From Octopus vulgaris (Eukaryota), in contig OX597814.1 in the NCBI GenBank assembly GCA_951406725.2, forward strand, positions 146,754,001-146,818,000: a stretch of DNA of 64,000 nucleotides, read 5' to 3'. Positions 29,090 through 40,124 of this stretch are shown here, in pieces. Within the stretch, counting starts at the first letter, position 1, and every line of letters begins with the position of its first letter. The translations under genes and the position numbers were made by a program. The notes beneath the pieces are model-generated. The model was not told where the DNA came from. It saw only the letters and a program-made list of their open reading frames with translations, and made no database searches.

Positions 29090-29215
29090 TAGTTCCTTAT
29101 GAAAATTTGAATCCTTTTAGGAAGTTGTGCTTCATTTGCACTGGAGATTCTAACATCATTGGTGAAATTATTTTTTAAATCTCCAACTTCAGCCTTATTA
29201 TTTTCATATTTTGTC
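29090..29215 (-). mobile_element. Tigger/pogo transposase relic, linker after the CENP-B HTH
   Basis: Minus strand GDLKNNFTNDVRISSANEAQLPKRIQIFI resembles the Tigger LKNxxxxGExASAD...FP segment. Same strand as, and upstream of, the 27040-27500 piece. Confidence 0.4.
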
Positions 29216-29649
29216 GCACCTTGAAAATGCAACTCCTGAAAAATTCTACTGTTTTAATGCTTTTCTCAGTCGCAATAAAAAAATAAGCACAACACTTTCG
29301 AACGGTGCGCTTTATCACTGTGTAGATTATGTGTGTTTGTCAGCTGCTGCTAGTCATGTGTGTATTTTCTTTTTGCTGAGGTGAGCGTTGATGATGGTGT
29401 TGCTATATTTGCGGACTTTTCTGTTTATTTTAGGTGTATGATTGGCGGTACTCTTGTTATTCTATGTCTCGTTTAATGAGAGATTCATCCTTACATTTAA
29501 AAAAAATATTTTTATGATCTTCTGTGTCCTGCTTTCTCTCAAATTATGTATTCTGCGATTGGTGAATATGGAGCTGTGTTACCTTGCCTTGTCAATGTGT
29601 GTTTTGTATCTCAAATAACTGAGAGAGGGAGAAAATAACAAAGAAATAC

Positions 29650-30800
29650 TTAGGTTGGAAATATCCGTTAGTGTTTTTTTTGCTTGCGCTGTTAGTGTTT
29701 TAATTCCTGTAATCGTCTTGTTTTCACTACTGGGGTTGGTTCTGTAGGTGTTGTTTTTATCGCATCTGTAGATGTAATTGTCTGTATTATTGCTTTTATT
29801 TCTACTGCTGTTGGTGATAGCGTTGCTGTTCTTGCATTCCCTGTTGAAGCAGATTCTGCTTTTATTAATGCTGCGAGCTGCAACTGCTTTTTCTGCGAAT
29901 GTGATGGTGCCAGTAGCGTGAAGAAACCCTTACTCGTTTTTAGAGAAGAAACCTCTAAACTGTTTTTCAAGTGACATCTTTGTCTTCTGCTGTTAACTAC
30001 GATACATATTTCCACACCACGGGGCAGGTTGATATGTTTATGCTATGTGATAATTTTAAAACCCTCCTAATGACCTGCAGATGGATCTCAAGCATATATC
30101 CCAACCAAATCTGCCTCTCACTCTTTATTTGAGAAAGGGTTCGCATTTGTCCAAGAAAAGGGAGGTACATACCCACCAGATCTCCAACCTTGGTAAAATT
30201 CTATCTTCATGCGTCTGTCTTCCCAAAATTGTTGGGAAGACAGTGTGTTGTCTTTTGAGCACTTAAATGGAGTGGCTCAGCCCAAAGGCTTTGAGTTTTA
30301 AACACTTCCTAGCTCCCGAAATGCCCTGTCGCATGTTCTGTATTTGACCAGATATCTTTAAGAACCTCCTTCCACTTGTGTGTGAGTTGCAGCATCTAAG
30401 CGTTGGTTATATGCTGTCACATAAGACTTTAGCACAGTATTCCGGGCAATTGCCGACAAAGCATTTGCCAGTGTTGCATACTGGGCTCTCCACCCATTTG
30501 CTTTCATATTTGTGCAACCTGTATTATGCTTGCCTCCTTGGCGCTTATGGAGAGCTATAAGTATTTTCTTGGTCTATGTTGCTGCCCTAGCAGCAAATTG
30601 CTTTCCAGTAGAGAGGCTCCCAGCCTCTTTGTTTTCGTCGTTATTAATGTTGTGACCGCTGTATTTCTTGCTGTAACACTTGCTGTTGTTGTTGCTGATT
30701 CTATTTTAGACATGCTAACTTTTGTTAGTGTGGTTGTCATTGCTTTTGTTGCTGTTGTTTTCCTATATGATAAACTTGATCATGTTTGACTGGAGGTAAG
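29650..30800 (-). mobile_element. L1/Tx1-like ORF1 relic
   Basis: ICIVVNSRRQRCHLKNSLE resembles the VxVxGRRPxCxxCxxxGH gag-knuckle lead-in. It is flanked by Thr/Ala-rich low-complexity ORFs (29692-30015, 30555-30740). No ORF2 is adjacent. Confidence 0.4.
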
Positions 30801-32071
30801 TAGAACTTCCGCTATTTAGCATCTCAGCGGAATCTTTTCCACTTTCACCACTTTATGTGGTGTATTAAGCATCCGTTGTGGTGTTTCTACGTCCTTTGTA
30901 CCTTAAAATTTGAATTAGGGTGACATTTTCTCTAAAAGGGAGGTATAGCTTAGTACTCGCAATTACATTCACTGTATCGCTATTCACACAAGGAAATAGG
31001 GGCCCCGATTTAAGGAAATATCAAGAAAAAAAGAAAAAAAAAGAAAACAAAAAACAGGTAAATTATTCCCAATAAAATATTCGAATAATTTTTACGATTC
31101 CAAGCGCTGCATACCCAACGCAAAACTACATCATCAACAACATCAACAAGATAAACAACAAGAATAACAACAAAAACAATAATGATAATGTAGATAAAGC
31201 GTATTTTCTTGGTAACTATTTTTGTACTTCATCATGTAGTATTTCGGTTTCATTTTTTTTATGAGAAGTTTCTACAAATGCATTTTATTTTGTGGTGGTG
31301 TTCATGTAATCATGTACTGTTTACGTACTGTAACACGATTGTTTAGGAATTTGAAGAGAAAATATCATAATCATTATCATTATCATTCCTCAAGTATATA
31401 ATGACTTACTGACTCTAATTAACAACATGACATGTCACGAAAATCTAAACGATGTTATTGTTAAACAAAGAATTAAATAATGACGAAAATAAAAGAATGC
31501 TACCCGAGAAGAAATGAACTAGTATAACCAAAGTTAATCCTGCTCGACAGACACAATATTGAAATAATTTCATATCGCTTGAGAAGTAGAGGATTATTTG
31601 TATAAAATTATATAAACTAATTGAAATATAGTTGAATATTCAACTCAAAAGTAAATTATATGTAAACATAGTAGAGTAACTATCGAGAAATTTGTATTGT
31701 GTCATAAGGTAAAATAATGTACAAAATATAAAAAGAAAGATAATGAAAAACTCAATTAGAAGGAATTATGGAATATTAATTTACTTTAGATAAATACAAT
31801 CTGACATTTCTGTGCTGTCAACCTGGATATTCGGATCAATGTTGTTCATGCCTTCCTTACTTAATTATCTTAGATAATATTTTACCTCCGTTGTTTTTAT
31901 AAATTGATAATGTATTTTCTTGTATCATGTTGTTTTTAGTGTAGTAAAGCTCTTTCCCTTATTTGATAACGTGCCGCAGAAGAGATTCGTTTGGATTACA
32001 TCACAAAGAGGTGAGATTTTTAGACACATAATCGGATGTTTTATATACATATACATATATATACACACGCA

Positions 32072-32114
<43 letters not shown>

Positions 32115-32179
32115 GTATGCATGCATGTATATATATATATGTGTGTGTGTGTGCATATATATATATATATATATGTATG

Positions 32180-32484
32180 TATATTGTATAAAGATCGTGG
32201 GTAAGGCCAAAATAATGCGAAGTAAATGCAAGGTAAATCACACGAAAACAAATATGTCAATTAATGTAGACTTACCTTGTATTCAATATTTCGGGGTTAT
32301 GACCCCATTTTCAAGAAATTGACGAATGTTGTCGATGTGCATGTGTGGAGTGCACATGCATCGACACTCCGAAATATTGAATACTAGGTAAGTCTACATT
32401 AATTCACATATTTGTTTTCTTGTTATTTAAACTGCATTCACTTCGCATTGTTTTGGCCTTACCCATAATCTTTTATACAATATA
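32180..32484. repeat. Inverted repeat, ~115-bp arms with a structured 74-nt spacer
   Basis: 32180-32294 is the reverse complement of 32369-32484 with scattered mismatches. The spacer holds hairpins ggggt-tatg-acccc and tgtcga..tgcatgtg/cacatgca.tcgaca. Confidence 0.95.
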
Positions 32485-32540
32485 TCCTACAGCCACTACA
32501 CACATTTTTCTCTCCTTGTTTCTCACCTTGTTTTTGCTGT

Positions 32541-32582
32541 GTCCCTTTCTGTAGAAGAGCGTAGGCTCGAAACGTAAACGAC
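32541..32582 (+). ncRNA. Minimal hammerhead-like core (A6 changed to U)
   Basis: CTGTAGA (32549-55), A, stem II GAGC-gtag-GCTC, GAAAC (32569-73), GTA, with partial stem I gtcccttt/aacgac. Shares GAAGAGC-N3-4-GCTCGAAAC with the 43514 copy. Confidence 0.5.
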
Positions 32583-33670
32583 TTTTTCTATTCCTGGGCT
32601 TTATACTAATACATCTGTTTGTTTTGTACACCATCTGTCTTCGTCCAGCCTTCAGCAGAGGCTGACGTGTTTTCGCTGCTCCGACCTGTCAGCGGCCAAA
32701 GACACAGAAGACACAGAAACACAAATACAACCCAGCAGGCCTACTGATAAACAACTGTAATTACTGGAAGATCTACTATTTTCTGTAAGTTATTTGAATT
32801 TCCCTCAAAATAAGTTAAAGACTTACAAACCTACAGTTTGGGACAAACATTTTAGAAACGTAAATAGCTCTATTTTTTGTGTGAACATTTTGTCGTCACC
32901 TCTTCCTTCAGTATCAGATTATGTAAAAATGCCTTTATTGTAACAACACAATTAAATGCACACTAAAATTATGGACGTAAACACCTGCTAACCTTTATTT
33001 TCTTCTTGACTACCCGAAATATGCAAACATACTTTTTACTGCAATCACAGAAATAAACACGTGGAGAATAAGAAGAAAAAAACGAAAAAATACTCTTTAT
33101 AGTTTCTCTCTGCTCGTACACGACTCTATTCAGAAGTACTGTTCATAGTCGGCCCCTCCTTGATTTTTCTCAAAGTCAAGGTCACTGTTCGCAAGTTCCA
33201 TCAACAACATAGTAGATATTTGAACACTCTTTGACCGATCGTTCTTTATTTCACTTTATGAAAGCAGTAGTTGCTGCTACAGCTATTAATACTGCTGCTA
33301 TCAGAATTTACTGCTGCTACTACTACTGCTACAATTAGAAACATACAAGTTGACGCAGACGCAAATATTGAAGTACTAAATGGCACGTCAAATGATATTT
33401 AACCGTGTGGAACATTTTACATGCATATCAATATTCTAAAGTTGGACCTAAAATTCCCTATCCTAAAGCTGCTTCAGACAACTAGGAAGGGTTCCTGACT
33501 CGTTTCACCGTCTGCTTTCAATCTTGGATTGTGATTCGGTTCAGCCCAAACTCTCTCAGATTTTGTCTGCTGTTGCTTACTCCTACAAGGATTGCAGCTG
33601 TTTTTGTTCCTGCTTTAACTCAGATCTGTCCTAGAGCCCCTAGAAGATTGTTTTTGGTCAACCATCTATC

Positions 33671-34798
33671 ATGTCAGCTACCTATAGATCGAAACTGAGA
33701 TCTGCGAGAAGGGCTTCTCATCAGGATTATGGTCCTACCAACTGTCATCTCAACGAGCAGTTGCTGTTGCTCAAACAAGAGGTCGAGCACCTAAAGTCTG
33801 TTGTTGCTCATTTACTAAATAAACAGTCTCCTATTGACGCAGAGCCACCCTTGATTTCTTCCCTGGAGACGTCCAAACCGAAGGGAACAAAATCGAGGCG
33901 ACTAAAGAAGGCGAAGGAACCGGCAGTCGTTTCCGCACATGATCGTTCCTGTGCGGATTCTTCCTCATCTGCCTTTTCGGTCCAGGAGGTTCCCCAACCT
34001 AATTTGAGGAGCGTAGGCTCAAACCCACCTGAAGACTGTTGTTCTCCGAAAAAGAAGAAACGTAGTCAAAACTCCAGTGGGGCAGATTTAGCTACGAAAC
34101 CTGCTCACGATAAAATCTGTTTGGATTCTCCCTCACTAATCCTTCCCATTATTGCCATTTCTCAACCAATTCTGAACCATCTTGATGTGAGTTCATCCGG
34201 GGAGTGGTGCTCCCCCAAACCGAAGAAGAGGCAGTGCAGTTCCAAACCAGGCGGGACATTATGACTACTAAACCCATTCCGATCGACCCCAAAGGCCGAC
34301 ATAAGTCTGATGGCTAACAAACCACCCTTTCGAAATCATCCACTGAAGAATCGAATGCCGCAGCTCATAGTAGAGAACAGAAAGACCATTTTGCCCACTC
34401 AAGATCAGCAATCATTTATGGTAAAGCTGAATCCACCTGTGATACAGGCATAAACCGCCTAAAAGAAGACATAAATTTTGTTTCCGTATTAGTCGCTCGG
34501 CTAGGAAGATTCCAAGCGAACTCAACCTCAGAGACTAGACCACGCCCAATAAGTCTTTTCTTGCGATCATGAGGCTTCAACCTTTTTGAACAGAGCTCAT
34601 ATGCATACCTGGGAGGATCCCAATATGGGTTTTTGCGAGGAATACTCACTGAGAGAGAGAATTCGCCGGAGAAACCTAATATCCGAACTGAAGATGAGAA
34701 AACAGATGGGAGAGAAGGGTTTACGCATCCAAGATGGACAAATAATCAAGTCCTACCTCTGGACGCATGCTGTAGTGCTGACAGGGAAAGTGAATTGA
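33671..34798 (+). pseudogene. Disrupted LINE ORF1
   Basis: N-terminal coiled coil (QLLLLKQEVEHLKSVV), basic/Ser-Pro linker, RLGRF...RPRPI near 34500-34550, and C-terminal ERIRRRNLISELKMRKQMGEKGLRIQDGQII, which resembles CR1 ORF1 C-termini. Split across frames. Confidence 0.7.
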
Positions 34799-34879
34799 GG
34801 GCAAATCGAAGTAAAGCAGATGCTATCTCTGATACCCCTTATTGTGCTTGTTCCCCACTTCCCGCCCCTCAAACTTCAC

Positions 34880-37406
34880 AGATCAGCATCGTCTATACCA
34901 ACTCGTGTTCCTTATTTCCAAAGTTCAGCGAACTGTTTACACTGGCCATGCGTGATTCCCTTGATGTGATAGCTATCACCGAGACTTGGCTGACTCCAGC
35001 AGTAAAGGACTCAGAAATCCGACCCCCAGGACGATGCTCATTTACTCGAAGCGATAAGATTCGTTTCGGCTTCTCATGACTGTTTGATATTAGGAGACTT
35101 CAACACTCCCACGATCGATTGGCCCGCATCAATTTGTACATCATCTTCCCGGTTCGGCCAGGCCCTTCTTGACGTGGCTGAAGATTGTTTTCTATCGCAA
35201 CATGTTGAATATCCGACAAGGCATCGGTCTGGGCAGAAGCCATCTATGCTGGATCTGGTATTCTCCCGCTATCTAAGATCAGTGTCAGACGTATCTGTGT
35301 GCGCCCCTCTTGCCAAGAGTGATCATGCGGTCCTGAAGTCCGTCATGCACACAACTTTTTCTACGCCCAGGACTACTTCGCTGCCACGTAGAGTCTTCTC
35401 TGCAATTAATTTTGAAATTCTAACCGAGGCTTCCGCGCTTCTGGACTGGCGATCCCTGATGACGTTGTCCTCATTTGACGAACTATAGTCATCCCTCAAA
35501 GCATATGTAATCTGGTTGACTGACCAGGCAGTTCCCGTTGGGTTTCCCAAGAAGAAGAAACCCAATCCATGGGTGACGAAGAAGGTTAAACGAGAACTTC
35601 GACACAGAGATATTACTTGGGCTGAATTCAAAAATCTGGATTCGACTGCAGCTTTTAAGGTGTGCAAAACTCAACGAGACCGAGCCGTGAAAATTGAAAA
35701 GGAAGAACGCTTCAGATATGAATACAAAATCGCGGCAAACGCCAGTAGCAATCCAAAAACCTTCTTTGCCCATGTCCAACGGAATTCCCGCTTGAACAAC
35801 CAAATTGCAACGTTGGTAGACTCAACAGGCGTATCGATTGAGGACCCTTATCAACAGAGTCAATTATTTGCCGAGGTTTTTTCAACTATTTTCAAACAAG
35901 ATAATGGTCGTGAACCCCCTCCATTTGATAGATCGGTACTTCCAATGCTTCGATTGGTCATCACGCGGGACGAAGTCGAACGCATTATTCAAGGCCTCGA
36001 TGTCAACAAGGGTCACGGCCCTGACGCCATACACCCACGGGTTATCAAAGCGTTGGCTCCGGTCATCTGCGAGCCCTTAACACGTCTATTCAATATGTCA
36101 TTGGTGACGGGTGTTATACCTGCGGACTGAAGAACAGCGATAATCTGCCTAATTTTCAAGAAAGGGAGCCGCGAAGACCCGCTTAACTACCGACCGGTTT
36201 CCCTTACATCAATATTCAGCAACATGTTCGAAACCAGCCTTAAGAAAAGTATGATGCTCCACCTCCAAAACACAGCCTCTATCTCTGATTCCCAACTCGA
36301 CTTCGTGTCGAAGTCTTGACCAACTTACTGGTAATGGAAGAATTGGTGACGCGCATCCTCGATGATAGTGATGCTGTTGACATCGTTTTATTGGAATTTT
36401 CCAAAGCTTTTGACTCGGTAAACCACCGCCTATTACTTGTCAAGCTTCAAGCATATAGTTTCCATCAGGTTATTGTACGATGGGTTGGTGCCTTCCTCTC
36501 AGATCGCTCCTTCCAAGTCCAAGTTAATGATTCGCGGTCCGACGTCTCCAGTGCGAGCAGTGGCGTGCCTCAAGGTTCAGTGCTTGGGCCCTTATTGTTC
36601 ATAGTCTTCATAAATGACTTGCCCGACGACCTTGCGCAATACCCCCTTCAATTTGCCGACGATGTCAAACTGGTCGCTCCTGCCTCCACCAAATTTGGAG
36701 ATGGTCTAACGAATGGGACCTGTGTCTGAACGTGTCAAAGTGCTGTCATCTGCCTGTTGGCTCTCCTCCTGCAACTCAACTTGATTTCGAGCCGGGTCGT
36801 CTGCTGCTGGAGAGGACCGATCAGGTAAAGGACCTGGGTATCTTGGTGGATTCCTCCTTTTCGCCTTCGGCCCAGTTCGTCAATGCTGCCAACAAAGCAC
36901 GCGGAGTTCTGTTCTTGATTCGACGGTCATTCGGAATGCTCACAGCAGCCATATTCCTACCGCTCTATGTCACGCTGGTGAGACCCATATTGGAGTACGG
37001 GATTCAAGCCTCTTCTCCTTATCTCCTCAAAGACATACATCATCTCGAAAGAGTCCAGAAGCAGGCTACCCGCATGGTTCTTGGTCTCAAGAATTTGTCT
37101 TATGAAGAAAGGCTGAAGACGCTCGACCTTTATTCTCTAGAAAAACGACGACGCCGTGGAGATCTCATTGTTGTTCACAACATCATAAGCGGAAAGTGTA
37201 ACCTCTCGAAAGAGCTGTTCTTCACTCCTGCTCCAGAGCGTCGGCTGCGGGGTCATTCCGAAAAGCTCTATCTGCGACGATTTCATCTCAATCGAAGGAG
37301 AAGGGCTTTCTCCGTCCGGGTTGCGGGTCCGTGGAATAAGCTGCCAGACGAGATTGTGAAGATGCCGACGACCGCTCGGTTCAAAGTCTCCCTTGACCTC
37401 AAGTGA
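34880..37406 (+). pseudogene. Disrupted LINE ORF2 (APE+RT)
   Basis: Motifs YTNSCSL, AITETWL, LGDFNTP, LDLVF, SDHAVL, GPDAIHP, NYRPVSLTS, FSKAFDSVNH, GVPQGSVLGPLLF, FADDVKL, KDLGI, LYSLEKRRRRGDLI, LRGHSEKL, FSVRVAGPWNKLP. Stops at ~35488 and ~36130, frameshifts, and internal deletions (GGV/YRPP segment missing near 35060; segment after FADD missing near 36685). Confidence 0.93.
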
Positions 37407-37530
37407 CCTGAACTCTTTACATGAACACCACCCTGTACATAACTCCATGTCCCCCTACATGGCCTTGCTTTTTGCTTTTTAAGCCAAAACATTAACTAAC
37501 TAACTATCTCGTCTTTTGTTTTATTCGTAA

Positions 37531-37597
<67 letters not shown>

Positions 37598-38445
37598 CCA
37601 TGGATATGCACCTGTTAGTATGCTGATTAAAGCAATTTTACTGTCTACAGTTACCATATAAATGCCAACGGATTTTCATCAGGACTTCCTCAGTGTCCGT
37701 TGTGTATTTAACAATTGAGAGAAACACATAATGTATTTCACGAGATTCTTTATTAATCACCACGATCGTTTCCACCCATCTTCATGCTATCCCTCGCATG
37801 TGTGATACTGTACAACTGGTTGTGGTACATCCTTCGGTGTAAATATGTCTTGTCAGGTGACATTCAAAAGGTATCTCGCGCAATAAAATCAGTTCCGCTA
37901 GGTTCTTTGCTTGTGAAGTTGACTGCGGGTTCTGTGGTTTGGAATGACAAGGGATGGATACTTAATTTTTATTTTTGTGTACAGTTAATGCACTAATGTA
38001 TCGTTGATTATAAATAAAGCACGAAATAAAAGAATAAGAAAAAGATTATTCCGAGAAGTATAAGCATGTTCGTGTAAGAATACTCTTAAAGACCCGTATA
38101 ATTACACGCATGGTCTTGTGGACAACCGACACACATTCTTGAAATTACACATAATGAGATATCATTAAATAAAGGCTAAAAAGATAAAACAACCTCGTTA
38201 AAGAGCAGACAGAGGACAGCGGCAAACTAAGACTGTTGAATAGAATTTGGTGGCTTGACATATCTATGTCGTACATCCCCCACTGAGGATCTATGCTACA
38301 GAACGCTACACACTAGAGAGTTGATGTGTTTTGGCAGTCTGTTGATGTTGAGATCTAAACCGGCCTACCAATGCCCGAAGTATATTTACATATACACACA
38401 AACAGATTCACGGACACACACACACATACACACACACAACACACA

Positions 38446-38494
<49 letters not shown>

Positions 38495-38599
38495 GCACAC
38501 ACGTATGTAGATTCCTACAAATACACACGCGCACGTAGGTTCTAGTGTGATGCATACAAACATAATCATATATATAAGTATATATTTGATGTGTATAAG

Positions 38600-38644
<45 letters not shown>

Positions 38645-38651
<7 letters not shown>

Positions 38652-39950
38652 CACTTTCAGGATATACTTAAAGCTTTGGGAACAGGTTCGAAATCTGTTG
38701 TCATATATCATAACTTCAATAAAGCGTTCGGCAGAGCTGACCATAATATCTTACTCTCAAAATGTGAAAATGTTGGAATTCGTGGAAAACTTCTACAATG
38801 GATTGAGTATTTCATAACGAGTAGAACACAAGATGTTGTGATCGATGGAGTTCACTCAAGCCCAGCAAAACTCACCAGTGGCGTCTCTCAGGGATTGTCA
38901 TGGATCTGTGCCTCTTTATAATCTATATGAACGACCTTTCCAGCGTCGTAAAACACACCAAAGTGGAAATATTTGCTGATGATATTAAGTGCCATAAAAA
39001 TCATCAATGAAGAAGAGAGAACTCAACTCCAGTATGATCTATATGCGGTGAGTCAATGGGCAGACAAAAAGCAAAATACAACTAAACGAGGTGAAAATTT
39101 GAGCTGATGTATTTTGGAAGAAAGACTATACTAATACACCCATACTCTCGTCATTCAGAGGAACCGCTCACAGCAGCTAATAATATCAGAGACCTAGGAT
39201 TAATTGTTGATAACATCCTCATTTGGAGTGTGCACATCAAAGATAAAGTCAATATAATTCGTAGGATGAGTTCCTGGGTCTTAAGAACCTTCCGATCAGA
39301 AAACCTGGTTTCGTTATTCAACTTTTCTCCTTCTTTGTACGGCCACAGCTCGAATACTGCTTCCCCCTGTGGTCTCCCTATACAAAACAAAACAGCTCGA
39401 AAATTGAATCACCCCAGAAGGCATTCACTAAACGAATTAAGGGTGTGACTGATCTCCATTACTAGGATCACCTTAAAACCATGAAACTCTACTCTTTCCA
39501 GCACCGCCTCGAGCGTTACATCATTTGCACGATGTGGAAAACATACCACCAGCATTGCCCAAATGACCTGAAAATTAGCTTCAATGTTCATCCAAGCCTA
39601 GAACCACGTGCTATACGTCCCCTGCCCAATTCAGGATCACAACATGCGGGTACACTGCGACACAATTTCTTATCCTCAACAGGCCAGCCCTGTTTAGCAT
39701 TGTCCGAAAACTGATCAAAGAGGAAGAGAATCCTATCACTTTTTAAACGGAATCTGGACAAATTTCTACAAGGAATATCAGAAAAGGCATCTATACCTGG
39801 TAACAACTCACTCAACAAAACCTCCCGGCTTGAATGGACCATGATACAACAAAATTTGACTTTAAAAGGATTTAGATAATCCTATCAGGTGGTGTTATTA
39901 AGTTAGACATGGCCTGGACCAATATTTCGTCGAAACATATCACAATTTAT
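38645..39950 (+). mobile_element. 5'-truncated, decayed CR1-group LINE (RT C-terminal half + 3' UTR)
   Basis: VIYHNFNKAFGRADH, GIRGKLLQWI, SGVSQG, IFADD (~38970-38985), IRDLGLIVD, WVLRTFR and KLYSFQHRLERY are colinear with the ORF2 at 58004-61000. Many frameshifts; ends in a (TCTA)n tract. Confidence 0.92.
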
Positions 39951-39953
39951 TTA

Positions 39954-40124
<171 letters not shown>

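Larger units (their letters stand above)
32646..37506 (+). mobile_element. Full-length but decayed CR1-type LINE nested in a hammerhead-bearing repeat
   Basis: ORF1 pieces at 33671-34798 and ORF2 pieces at ~34880-37406; (TAAC)3 tail to ~37506. Flanked by tcttcgtc (32638-32645) and tctcgtc (37507-37513), a probable TSD. The T/C-rich flanks rejoin as ...ccatctgtcttcgtc|ttttgttttattcgtaaactctccc. Confidence 0.88.
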
